Part shown: positions 39,236-48,438 of the stretch, piece after piece | Numbering within the stretch: the stretch's first letter is position 1 | Layout of the letters: every line of letters begins with the position of its first letter | NCBI GenBank assembly: GCA_021787445.1 | Contig: JAJYLV010000005.1 | Coordinates: 14,083-78,082 of the forward strand | DNA length: 64,000 nucleotides | Reading direction: 5' to 3' | DNA from: Chloroflexota bacterium | Lineage (GTDB): Bacteria > Chloroflexota > Limnocylindria > P2-11E | Translations under genes and position numbers: made by a program | The notes under the pieces: model-generated | The model's input: only the letters and a program-made list of their open reading frames with translations | What the model was told of the DNA's origin: nothing | Database searches by the model: none

Positions 39236-40081
39236 CTAGACGAGCGCCGCGGCGAGACCGAGGGCCGCGGCCGGGATGCGCGCCAGAGAAGGCGCCACCG
39301 GCCGCGGCCCGTTGTCCTTCCGCGGGTCGTAGGCGCAGACCTCGATGCCCCGCACGCTCGCGGCCCTCGCGAGGGCCGCGAGCACGTCCACCAGCGAGCG
39401 GAGCGAGGGACCTCCCGCGACCGGGAAGTCCACCGCGGCGACCTCCTGCGGGTCGATGACGTCGACGTCGACGTGGACCCAGACCTGCTTCCGCCGCGCG
39501 AAAGCGACCAGGCCGGGCGCGTCGGCGTGCGCGCGATCGAACGGGATCCGGCGCACCTTCGACCCGCCCAGGACGCCGACCTCGCCCGGATCGAGAGCGC
39601 GCGCGCCGACCAGCGCCACGCGATCGTCCGCGATCGATCGGACGCCCGGCCACAGGAGCGGCGCGATCCTGCGCCCGCATACATGCGCGAGGCACATGCC
39701 GCCCACGAAGTGCGACGGCGTCGACGCGAGCGTGTTGAAGTCGGCGTGCGCGTCGAAGTACACGAGGACGAGGTCGGGCTCGACCGCGAGCGCGCCGGGG
39801 ATCGATCCGGCGACGAGCGTGCACTCGCCGCCGACGATCACGCAGCGCGCGCCCTCGCGGAGCGAGGCGGCGACGGCGTCGGAGAGCGTCCGGCAGGACT
39901 CGCGCGCCGCGGTGAGGTAGCGGTCGCGCGGCAGGAAGGGGATCCGCACACGCTTGCCGGGGCGGAGCGCCGTCGCCATCTCCGGCGCGAGCGCGGACGG
40001 CGCCTCGGCCATGCCCAGGTACCGTTGCTCGGTGGCGATACCGGCTTCTATCAGGTGCACCGGCGGTGACACCGCGCGCAT
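39236..40081 (-). CDS. Arginase/agmatinase/formiminoglutamase (ureohydrolase) family protein, variant motif
   Basis: FDAHADFN and HVDVDVIDP metal motifs are present, but GGECT stands where GGDHS is expected. Uses ATG 40081 within track ORF 39236..41008. Confidence 0.75.
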   Translation of the reverse strand: MRAVSPPVHLIEAGIATEQRYLGMAEAPSALAPEMATALRPGKRVRIPFLPRDRYLTAARESCRTLSDAVAASLREGARCVIVGGECTLVAGSIPGALAVEPDLVLVYFDAHADFNTLASTPSHFVGGMCLAHVCGRRIAPLLWPGVRSIADDRVALVGARALDPGEVGVLGGSKVRRIPFDRAHADAPGLVAFARRKQVWVHVDVDVIDPQEVAAVDFPVAGGPSLRSLVDVLAALARAASVRGIEVCAYDPRKDNGPRPVAPSLARIPAAALGLAAALV

Positions 40082-40155
40082 CGTAGGCGCGTCAGCGGCC
40101 GGCCGGTAGGCCCGCGGCCATCGCGGACCGGCGGAACCCGTGCCGGCCGCGCTGA

Positions 40156-41145
40156 TCACGTCAAGCCCGTGATCTCGAGCAGGTCCGTGAGCACGGCGTA
40201 GGCGACCTGCTCCACGTGCGGATCGTGGAGCTGCACGACGACCGTGCCCGCGAGGTCGGTGTCGAGCTCGAGCGCCATCGACCAGCCGTCGACCGCGTAG
40301 AGCGGGTCGAGCGGATCCAGACGGCGCGGTCCGGTCGAGGCGGAGACGCCTCCGGCGTCGCGGCGTACCGTCACGAGCGGACGGACGCGTGCACCATCGC
40401 GCGCCGCGGCGGCCGCGTCCCGCGCCGCGCGCTCGTCGACCGGCTCGCGCCGGACGTCCTCGACGGAGATGTCGGCGTCCATGAGCACGTTCGCGAGGAT
40501 CGTCGCCTTCGCCGCGGCATCGTGGCCCTCGAGGTCGTTGGACGGGTCTGCCTCGGCGATCCCCAGGCGCTGCGCCTCCGCGAGCGCGGCCGCGAAGGAC
40601 ACGCCGCGCGCCGCGGCGGTGAGGATGTGGTTCGTCGTGCTCGAGACGATGCCGCGCATCGCGCGGATCTCGGCGAGCGGCAGCGCGGCGCGGCGCACGT
40701 TGAACACGGGGAGGCAGTCGGCGACGGTCGCCTCGAAGCGCAGCTCGCGCTCGCTCGCGCGCGCGAGGTCGCGCAGCTCCCGGTACGCGCGCGCGATGGG
40801 TCCCTTGTTCGCGGTCACGACGTGTTTGTGCGCGCGCAGCGCGTCGCGGACGTGGTCGAGCGCCGGCTGCGCGCTGCGCGCGTCGAGAGTGGTCAGCTCC
40901 ACCAGGACGTCGCACGCGAGGTCCCGCACGGCGGGCGCGGGACCGCTCGACGGAAGGCGATCGCGCGCGAGCGCATCGGCGAGGTCGATCCCGCCAGGGT
41001 CGACCCACCAGCCGTGCCGCGCGGTCACGATGGCCGCGACCACGAACGGCACGTCCGAGCGGCGCTGGAGAAGGAGCCGGGCGAGCGCGCGGCCGACGTT
41101 GCCGAAGCCGAGGAGCGCGATCCTCCGCGGGTCGGACGCGCTCAG
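40156..41145 (-). CDS. Homoserine dehydrogenase family protein (no ACT domain)
   Basis: Rossmann motif IALLGFGNVG and a homoserine dehydrogenase catalytic region (VTANKGP..., EADPSNDLEGHDAAAK). No canonical start lies near the Rossmann motif, so CTG 41145 in a CTGA overlap is inferred. Confidence 0.8.
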   Translation of the reverse strand: MSASDPRRIALLGFGNVGRALARLLLQRRSDVPFVVAAIVTARHGWWVDPGGIDLADALARDRLPSSGPAPAVRDLACDVLVELTTLDARSAQPALDHVRDALRAHKHVVTANKGPIARAYRELRDLARASERELRFEATVADCLPVFNVRRAALPLAEIRAMRGIVSSTTNHILTAAARGVSFAAALAEAQRLGIAEADPSNDLEGHDAAAKATILANVLMDADISVEDVRREPVDERAARDAAAAARDGARVRPLVTVRRDAGGVSASTGPRRLDPLDPLYAVDGWSMALELDTDLAGTVVVQLHDPHVEQVAYAVLTDLLEITGLT

Positions 41146-42260
41146 ACCGCCGCCTTCTCGCCCAGCCGCGCGAGCGCGGCGTCGACCTCGGCCAGCCCCG
41201 CGCGCAGCTTCGCGACCGATCCGCCGTAGCCGATGCGCAGGTGTCTCTCGGCGAGGAACTGCGAGCCCGGCACGACCATCGTGCCGCGCTCGTGGATCAG
41301 GCGGTCGACGAATGGACCGGAGTCGACGTCGTAGGAGTACCCGAAGAACGCGATCGCTCCGGCACGCGGCCGCGTCCAGCGCAGCTTCCGGCCGTGCCCG
41401 ACGGCCCACCTCTCGAGCGCGGGCCAGCGCTCCGCCACGAGACCGCGCGTCCGCGCGAGGAGCGCTTCCCGCTTCGCCAGCGCGGCCTCGGCGAGCGCCT
41501 CGGAGAGCGTCGCGGTCGCGATCGTCGTGTAGTCCTTCTGCGCCCACGCCGCCTCGATCCGCTCCGGCGGCGCGACGATCCAGCCGATGCGCAGCCCCGG
41601 GAGCCCGTACGCCTTGGAGAGCCCGCCCGTCACGACGACGCGCTCGTAGCGCCCCCACATCGAGGCGCTCTCCACGCCGTCGTGCTCCGTCCCGCGGTAG
41701 ACCTCGTCCGAGAGGACCCACGCCCCGACGCCTTCGGCGAGCCGGGCCACCGCGTCGAGGTCGGCGGCGGAGAGGAGCTGCCCCGTCGGATTGTTCGGCG
41801 TGCAGACGCAGACGAGCTTGGTGCGCGCGTTGACCGCCGCGGCGAGGCGGTCGTGGTCGAGGCCCCAGCCCCCGTCCTCCTCGAGCCAGACCTCGCGCAC
41901 GGTCGCGCCGAGCCCCCGTGCGAGCCCATGGACCTGCATGTAGTTCGGGAGCACGACGACGACCTCGTCGCCGCGCTCCACGAGCGTCGTCACGGTGAGG
42001 AAGTTCGCTTCGCTGGTCCCCGTCGTCACGAGCACGTCGTCCGCCGACGCGCCCGGATGGATGCGCGCGACCTGCGCGCGCGTCGCTTCCCGCCCGCGGC
42101 CGTCGGCGTATCCGAGCCGGAGGTCGCCGAGGTCGCGGCCCACCAGGGCGAGCAGTTCGCCCAGCGTGAGCGGCTCGACGCCGGACTCGGACAGGTCGTA
42201 GCGGACGCGGTGCTCCCAGGTGGACTGCATCCGCTCCATCTCGAACCGCGGGGGTCTCAT
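41142..42260 (-). CDS. Class I/II PLP-dependent aminotransferase
   Basis: CTPNNPTG, and SKAYGLPGLRIGW containing the PLP lysine; 372 aa. Confidence 0.88.
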   Translation of the reverse strand: MRPPRFEMERMQSTWEHRVRYDLSESGVEPLTLGELLALVGRDLGDLRLGYADGRGREATRAQVARIHPGASADDVLVTTGTSEANFLTVTTLVERGDEVVVVLPNYMQVHGLARGLGATVREVWLEEDGGWGLDHDRLAAAVNARTKLVCVCTPNNPTGQLLSAADLDAVARLAEGVGAWVLSDEVYRGTEHDGVESASMWGRYERVVVTGGLSKAYGLPGLRIGWIVAPPERIEAAWAQKDYTTIATATLSEALAEAALAKREALLARTRGLVAERWPALERWAVGHGRKLRWTRPRAGAIAFFGYSYDVDSGPFVDRLIHERGTMVVPGSQFLAERHLRIGYGGSVAKLRAGLAEVDAALARLGEKAAV

Positions 42261-42376
42261 CGATCACCTCGTCCGTGCTCGGAGCGCATCTGCCGGTATC
42301 CTGACACGTAGAGGGACACGCGCCCGGAGGCCCCATCGGCGTCGATGTGGGCCCCTTTCGCGTGCTTGGGAGGTCT

Positions 42377-42994
42377 ATGCGCTTCTTCCAGCGGTCCTCG
42401 GCCCCGCGCGTCGATCGGCTCGTCGTCGGCCTGGGCAATCCCGGCGACGGGTACGCCTCGACGCGCCACAACGTCGGCTTCCAGGTCGCGTCGCGGCTCG
42501 CGAAGCGCGCGCGCGCCGAGTTCGCGACCAAAGCGGCGGACGCGCGGATCGCCGAGGGCACGCTCGCCGGCCTGAAGGTCGCGATCGCGAGGCCGCAGAC
42601 CTTCATGAACGACAGCGGCCGCGCCGTCGGGAAGCTCCTCGACCGCTACCGTCTCGACCCGTCCGACGTGCTCGTCGTGTACGACGACGTCGACCTGCCC
42701 CTCGGGCGCGTGCGGATCCGCCCGAAGGGCGGACCGGGCACGCACAACGGCGTGCGCTCGGTCGTTGCCGAGATCGGGGAAGCGTTCCCGCGCGTGCGCT
42801 GCGGCGTCGCGCCGGCGGATCCGGCGAAGGAGATCGAGGTGGAGCTCGCGGAGTACGTCCTGCAGCCGTTCGCCGCGGACGAGCGCGACGCCGCCGAGGC
42901 GATGATCGCGCGGGCTGCGGAGGCGATCGAGGTCGCGCTGCGCGACGGCGTCGAGGCGGCGATGACGCGCTTCAACGGCGGGGGCCCGGCGTGA
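42377..42994 (+). CDS. pth: Peptidyl-tRNA hydrolase
   Basis: VVGLGNPGDGYASTRHNVGF and GTHNG motifs. ATG 42377 follows GGGAGG; the track start is GTG 42347. Confidence 0.92.
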   Translation: MRFFQRSSAPRVDRLVVGLGNPGDGYASTRHNVGFQVASRLAKRARAEFATKAADARIAEGTLAGLKVAIARPQTFMNDSGRAVGKLLDRYRLDPSDVLVVYDDVDLPLGRVRIRPKGGPGTHNGVRSVVAEIGEAFPRVRCGVAPADPAKEIEVELAEYVLQPFAADERDAAEAMIARAAEAIEVALRDGVEAAMTRFNGGGPA

Positions 42995-45900
42995 CCGCGC
43001 TCGACACCGGAGTGAGGGGGATGCGCCTCGGCGGCGCGCTCGCGCTCGCCGAGCGCAGCGCGCGCTTCCGCGACCTCGCCGCGCTCGTCGAGGCCGGGCG
43101 GTCGATCTCGGTCACGGAGGCGAGCGGCGGCGCTCGCGCCTTCGCCTGGGCCGCGCTGGCGGCGCGCGGTCGGGCGGTGCTGGTCGTCGCACCGAGCGGC
43201 GAACGCGCGGCGCGGTGGCGCTCGGAGCTCGCGGTGTGGCTCGGCGAGGAGCACGTCGTCGCGTTCCCGGAGCGCGAGGCGATGCCGTTCGAAGCGTCGG
43301 CGTCGTCCCCGGCGACGGTCCATCAGCGCCTCGTCGCGCTGTGGCGGATCCACCAGGGCGCGCCTCTCGCCGTCGTCGCGCCGCTGCGCGCGCTCCTCCA
43401 GCACACGATCTCCCCCGACGACCTCGCGTCGCGCGCACGTGTCCTCGCGCCCGGATCCACGCTGCCATGGCGCGAGACGGCGCTCTGGCTGACGTCGATC
43501 GGGTACGAGCCGGTGCCCGAGGTGAGCGAGCCGGGGCAGTTCTCGCGCCGCGGCGGGATCGTCGACGTCCATCCCGCCGGCGACGAGCGCCCCGTCCGCA
43601 TCGAGCTCTTCGGCGACGACGTCGAGACGATCCGCTCCTTCGACCCGGTCACGCAGCGTTCGCAGGAGCCCCTCGAGCGTGTCGTGATCCTTCCCGCGCG
43701 CGAGCTGTCGCTCGAGGGAGGGCCGCGCCTCGCGGAGCGCCTCGCCGATGCGGGGTGGGAGCGGCTCGATCCGGGCGGCGAGCTCGCCGCGTACGCGGCG
43801 ATCGTCGAGCCGCTGCGGCAGATGGCCGATGCTCCCGGCGTCGAGGCCTTCGCGCCTTTCCTCGGAGCGTCGTCCTCGCTCGTCGATCATCTTCCGGAGC
43901 GCGCGACCGTCGTGCTCGAGGACAGCGTAGAGCTCGGGCTCGCGTGGGACACGCACGAGCAGCTGGCCGAGGAGCGGCGCCAGGAGCTGCAGGGCGAAGG
44001 CCTCCCCGTCGGCGCGTTCCCCGCCCCGCACGTCGGCCGCGACCGGCTCGAGCACGCCGCGGCCGAGCGTGGCAGCCTGCGCGTCGGCCCCGGCGAGGGG
44101 GCGTTCGCGCTCGGGTGGGGGAGCGCGGTCAGCTACGCGGGGCGGCTGGACGCCTTCCTCCACGAGGTCGCCGCGGGCGGCACGGGGACGCGCATCGTGG
44201 CGACCCCGCAGGCGGCACGCCTCGCTGACCTGCTCGCCGAGCGCGACGTCGCGGCGGCGCCGCGCGACGCGCTCGACGCGCCGCCCGCGGACGGCGGCCT
44301 CGTCCTCCTCCACGCTCCGCTCGCCGAGGGGTTCGCGGTCCCGGAGCTGTCGCTCCGCGTCTTCACCGACGCCGAGATCTTCGGCTTCCGCAAGCCGCGG
44401 CATCCCGTAAGGAGCCGCCGCCGCGTCGCGATCGGGTCGCTCCTCGCCGATCTCCGTCCGGGGGACCACGTCGTGCACGAGGACCGCGGGATCGCGCTCT
44501 TCGAGCGGTTCACCGAGCGGGAGATCGCCGGCGTCGTACGCGAGTACCTGGAGCTGCGTTTCGCCGACGGCGTGACGTCGCTCCCGACCGAGCGCATCGA
44601 CAAGATCACCCGCTACGTCGGCGGGACGCCACCTCAGCTGAGCGCCATGGGCGGTACCGACTGGCTGCGCACGAAGCGCAAGGCGAAGAAGGCCGCGGAG
44701 GACATCGCCCGCGAGCTGCTGCGGCTCTACGCCGAGCGCGAGACCGTCCACGCGCCGGCGCTGCCGCCGGATACGCCGTGGCAGGTGGAGCTCGAGAACG
44801 CCTTCCCCTTCACCGAGACGCCCGACCAGCTCGCGGCCATCGAGGACACGAAGAAGGACCTCGAGCAGCCCCGCCCGATGGACCGGCTCATCGTCGGCGA
44901 CGTCGGGTACGGCAAGACCGAGGTCGCCCTGCGCGCGGCGTTCAAGGCGGTCCAGGACGGCACACAGGTGGCGGTCCTCGTCCCCACGACCGTGCTGGCG
45001 CAGCAGCACTACGAGACCTTCTGCGAGCGGCTCGAGACGTTCCCCGTGAAGATCGAGATGCTCTCGCGCTTCCGCACGTCGGCCGAGCAGAAGGAGATCG
45101 TCGAGCGGATCGGCGCCGGCGACGTCGACGTCGTCATCGGCACCCACCGCGTCCTCCAGAAGGACGTCCGCTTCCGCGACCTCGGCCTCCTCGTCATCGA
45201 CGAGGAGCACCGCTTCGGCGTGAAGCACAAGGAGCGGCTCAAGCAGATGCGGACCGAGGTGCACGTCCTCTCGCTGACGGCGACGCCGATCCCGCGGACC
45301 CTGCACATGGCGCTCTCGGGGATCCGCGACATCAGCGTGATGGAGACGCCGCCGGAGGACCGGCAGCCGATCGAGACGCACGTCGTCGAGCGCACGAACG
45401 AGCTGCTGCGCGACGTCATCCACCGCGAGCTCGACCGCGGAGGTCAGGTCTACTACGTCCACAACCGGGTCATGGGCATCGAGCAGGAGGCGGAGCGGCT
45501 GCGGCGCCTCGTCCCCTCGGCGCGCTTCGTCGTCGCCCACGGCCAGATGCACGAGCGACAGCTCGAGAGGGTGATGGTCGGCTTCGCCGACGGCGAGTTC
45601 GACGTGCTCGTGTGCACGACGATCATCGAGTCGGGCCTCGACATCCCGAACGTGAACACGATCGTCATCGACCGCGCCGGGCAGCTCGGCCTGGCACAGC
45701 TGTACCAGCTGCGCGGCCGCGTCGGCCGCAGCGCGATGAAGGCGTACGCGTACCTCCTCTACGACAAGCCGGAGCGCCTCTCGGAGGAGGCGCGCAAGCG
45801 GCTCCAGGCGGTGTTCGAGGCGAGCGAGCTCGGCGCCGGGTTCAAGATCGCGATGCAGGACCTCGAGATCCGCGGGGCGGGGAACATCCTCGGGGCGGAG

Positions 45901-46506
45901 CAGCACGGCAACGTCGCCGCCGTCGGCTTCGAGCTCTACACGCAGCTCCTTCAGGAGTCGATCGAGGAGCTGCGCGGCGCGCCGAAGGCCGCGGAGCTGC
46001 CGGAGATCGTCGTCGACCTCGCGCTCTCGACCGCCATCCCCGACGGCTATGTGCCGAGCCGGCAGCGCAAGCTGGAGGCGTACCGCCGGATCGCCCAGCT
46101 GCGCGAGCTCGACGACCTGGTGGCGCTGCGCGAGGAGCTGCGCGACCGCTACGGAGCGCCGCCCGAGCCCGTCCGGAACCTCCTGTACGGCGTCGAGGTG
46201 AAGCTGCGCGCGCTGCGCGCGGGCGCGGTCGAGGTGCGCGCGCGCGGGCCCGAGCTGCGTGTGACGCTCGGCGCCGACGCGACGCCCGCGCAGCGCGATG
46301 CGGTCCGGCGCGCCTTCACGCGTGCGCAGATCGGTCAGCGGCAGATCCGCGTGAGCGTCGTCGATATCCGCGGCGACCGCCGCGACGCGCTCACTCGCTT
46401 GCTCGATCTGCTCGACCGTCCCCACGGTGCGCAGACCGACGCGCGAAGCGACGAGATCGAGCACCGGGGCCCGAGCGAAGGGTCCCCCCGAGCGAGGGAC
46501 AGATGA
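42991..46506 (+). CDS. mfd: Transcription-repair coupling factor
   Basis: 1171 aa. UvrB-homology N-terminus, helicase motifs GDVGYGKTEVA and DEEHRFGV, and the TRCF domain. GTG 42991 overlaps the pth TGA. Confidence 0.95.
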   Translation: MTALDTGVRGMRLGGALALAERSARFRDLAALVEAGRSISVTEASGGARAFAWAALAARGRAVLVVAPSGERAARWRSELAVWLGEEHVVAFPEREAMPFEASASSPATVHQRLVALWRIHQGAPLAVVAPLRALLQHTISPDDLASRARVLAPGSTLPWRETALWLTSIGYEPVPEVSEPGQFSRRGGIVDVHPAGDERPVRIELFGDDVETIRSFDPVTQRSQEPLERVVILPARELSLEGGPRLAERLADAGWERLDPGGELAAYAAIVEPLRQMADAPGVEAFAPFLGASSSLVDHLPERATVVLEDSVELGLAWDTHEQLAEERRQELQGEGLPVGAFPAPHVGRDRLEHAAAERGSLRVGPGEGAFALGWGSAVSYAGRLDAFLHEVAAGGTGTRIVATPQAARLADLLAERDVAAAPRDALDAPPADGGLVLLHAPLAEGFAVPELSLRVFTDAEIFGFRKPRHPVRSRRRVAIGSLLADLRPGDHVVHEDRGIALFERFTEREIAGVVREYLELRFADGVTSLPTERIDKITRYVGGTPPQLSAMGGTDWLRTKRKAKKAAEDIARELLRLYAERETVHAPALPPDTPWQVELENAFPFTETPDQLAAIEDTKKDLEQPRPMDRLIVGDVGYGKTEVALRAAFKAVQDGTQVAVLVPTTVLAQQHYETFCERLETFPVKIEMLSRFRTSAEQKEIVERIGAGDVDVVIGTHRVLQKDVRFRDLGLLVIDEEHRFGVKHKERLKQMRTEVHVLSLTATPIPRTLHMALSGIRDISVMETPPEDRQPIETHVVERTNELLRDVIHRELDRGGQVYYVHNRVMGIEQEAERLRRLVPSARFVVAHGQMHERQLERVMVGFADGEFDVLVCTTIIESGLDIPNVNTIVIDRAGQLGLAQLYQLRGRVGRSAMKAYAYLLYDKPERLSEEARKRLQAVFEASELGAGFKIAMQDLEIRGAGNILGAEQHGNVAAVGFELYTQLLQESIEELRGAPKAAELPEIVVDLALSTAIPDGYVPSRQRKLEAYRRIAQLRELDDLVALREELRDRYGAPPEPVRNLLYGVEVKLRALRAGAVEVRARGPELRVTLGADATPAQRDAVRRAFTRAQIGQRQIRVSVVDIRGDRRDALTRLLDLLDRPHGAQTDARSDEIEHRGPSEGSPRARDR

Positions 46507-47114
46507 GGCTCGGCGTGGATCTGGACGACGTGGTGGCGGAGTGCGCGCTCCCGTATCTGCGGAAGTTCGCCGAGGAGTTCGGCGTCGAGCTGCCTCCGGA
46601 GCCGGGGTGGCAGACCCTCGACGCGATCACCGAGGTGTCCGACGCCGACAAGGTCCGCTTCCGCCAGCGGACGTACGACGGCACGTTCTTCGGCGAGCTC
46701 GAGATGTACACCGACGCCCCGGCCGTCCTCGAACGCCTCGCGAGCGCCGGCCACGAGATCTACTTCGTGACCGCGCGCGCCGAGCGTCGCCGCGTCATCA
46801 CCGAGACGTGGCTGCGGGACAAGGGGATCTTCGACCACGCGAAAGCGGTGCACCTCCGGCCGCAGGGGGACTTCTCGCCGACGCGGACCTTCGGGCGGTA
46901 CGACCCGAGCGGATCCGCGCGCTACAAGGTGGGGCTCGCGGAGGAGCTCGAGCTCCACGCCTTCTGCGAGGATGACCGCCTCATCTCGCAGGAGCTGGCG
47001 CAGAGGGGTATCCGCGTGTTCCTGTTCGACCACCCCTGGAATCGCGATGTCGAAGGCCCCCGCATCGAGCGCGTGTCAGGGTGGAGCGAGCTCGGCGAGA
47101 AGCTGGGCCTATGA
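46503..47114 (+). CDS. HAD-superfamily 5'(3')-deoxyribonucleotidase-like protein
   Basis: N-terminal DxDxV motif (VDLDDVV); size and layout resemble the NT5C family. The ATG overlaps the mfd TGA. Confidence 0.65.
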   Translation: MRLGVDLDDVVAECALPYLRKFAEEFGVELPPEPGWQTLDAITEVSDADKVRFRQRTYDGTFFGELEMYTDAPAVLERLASAGHEIYFVTARAERRRVITETWLRDKGIFDHAKAVHLRPQGDFSPTRTFGRYDPSGSARYKVGLAEELELHAFCEDDRLISQELAQRGIRVFLFDHPWNRDVEGPRIERVSGWSELGEKLGL

Positions 47115-47719
47115 GCGCCGAGACGACGCTCTACTTCGTGCGGCACGGGGAGAGCGAGGCGAACGCGGAGCGGCGGTACGCCGGCCAGACCGACAGCCCG
47201 CTGACGGAGCGTGGTCGCCGCCAGGCGGAGGCCGTCGCCGCGGCGCTGCGCGTCGTGCCGCTCGACCGCGTCGTCTCCAGCGACCTCTCGCGCGCCCGCG
47301 ACACCGCCGCGGTCATCGCCCGCGAGCATGGGCTCGCCCTCGAGGTGTTCCCCGAGCTGCGCGAGGTCGACGTCGGCGAGGCGGCGGGCCGTCCGATCCT
47401 CCGGAGGACCGACAACTTCGACGCCGCCGGGCGGTTCGTGCAGTGGCCCGGGGGTGAGTCGCTCGAGCACGTCGCGTCGCGCGTCACCTCCGCGGTCGAG
47501 CGCATCGTCGCCGCGAGCCCGGGGAAGACGGTGTGCATCGTCGGCCACGGCGGCGTCACGCGGATCCTCGTCAGCCATTTCCTCGGCCTGCTGCCGCGTC
47601 TGTACGAGCACGCGACCACGACGGAGAACACGAGCGTCACGATCGTGCGCACCGACGGGATCACCTACCGCGTCGAGTCGCTCTTCGACGCCGCGCACCT
47701 TTCCGGCAACGCCCTATGA
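47111..47719 (+). CDS. Histidine phosphatase family protein (phosphoglycerate mutase-like)
   Basis: LYFVRHGESEAN catalytic RHG motif and the distal GHGG histidine motif (IVGHGGV). ATGA overlap with the upstream gene. Confidence 0.85.
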   Translation: MSAETTLYFVRHGESEANAERRYAGQTDSPLTERGRRQAEAVAAALRVVPLDRVVSSDLSRARDTAAVIAREHGLALEVFPELREVDVGEAAGRPILRRTDNFDAAGRFVQWPGGESLEHVASRVTSAVERIVAASPGKTVCIVGHGGVTRILVSHFLGLLPRLYEHATTTENTSVTIVRTDGITYRVESLFDAAHLSGNAL

Positions 47720-48246
47720 TCGCGACGGTGCGGGACGACCTCGCGGCGAAGATCCGGGACGTTCCCGACTTCCCGAAGCCGGGGATCCTCTTCAAGGACA
47801 TCACCACGCTCCTCAAGGACGGGGCGGCGTTCAAGGCGTCCATCGACGGGCTCCTCGAGCGCGTTCGCGGGAAGCAGGTCGACATCGTCGTCGGGATGGA
47901 GTCGCGCGGGCTCATCTTCGGCGCGCCCATCGCGTACGCGCTCGGCGTCGGCTTCGTGCCGGTCCGCAAGCTCGGAAAGCTGCCCGCCGAGGTGGTGAGC
48001 GTCGAGTACGACCTCGAGTACGGATCCGCGACGCTCGAGATGCACCAGGACGCGATCGGCCCGGGGCAGAAGGTGCTCATCGTCGACGACCTCCTCGCGA
48101 CCGGCGGCACCGTCGCGGGGACGATCGAGCTCGTCAAGCGGCTCCACGGCGAGATCGTCGGGCTCGCGTTCCTCGTCGAGCTGCGGGGCCTCCACGGGCG
48201 CGACCGCCTCGACGGCTACGACATCACGACCCTGATCGAGTACTAG
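47716..48246 (+). CDS. apt: Adenine phosphoribosyltransferase
   Basis: DFPKPGILFKDIT and the PRPP motif VLIVDDLLATGGT. ATGA overlap with the upstream gene. Confidence 0.94.
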   Translation: MIATVRDDLAAKIRDVPDFPKPGILFKDITTLLKDGAAFKASIDGLLERVRGKQVDIVVGMESRGLIFGAPIAYALGVGFVPVRKLGKLPAEVVSVEYDLEYGSATLEMHQDAIGPGQKVLIVDDLLATGGTVAGTIELVKRLHGEIVGLAFLVELRGLHGRDRLDGYDITTLIEY

Positions 48247-48250
48247 CCCC

Positions 48251-48273
48251 CCGGACCGGAGTACTAGGTCCGG
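48251..48273 (+). terminator. Hairpin just after the apt stop
   Basis: CCGGACC-N9-GGTCCGG, with no U-tract. Confidence 0.3.
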
Positions 48274-48438
48274 TCGCCGCGAGTACCGGTCGATACCGCG
48301 CCGAAACGTCTTTCCGGCCTCTCTCTCGCCTGCGAGCGTTCCGAACGACCAGGCGGAGCGTCTATCTTCCTAGGCCGGAGCGGGGGCGGGCGGCTGTTCG
48401 CACCATGGGAGGATCGGCGTGAGGCTCCTCGGGCGGTC

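Noticed and set aside
42646-46464. 1272-aa minus-strand ORF
   Set aside because: It is antisense to mfd, whose plus-strand product has all the helicase and TRCF motifs. The antisense product is low-complexity.
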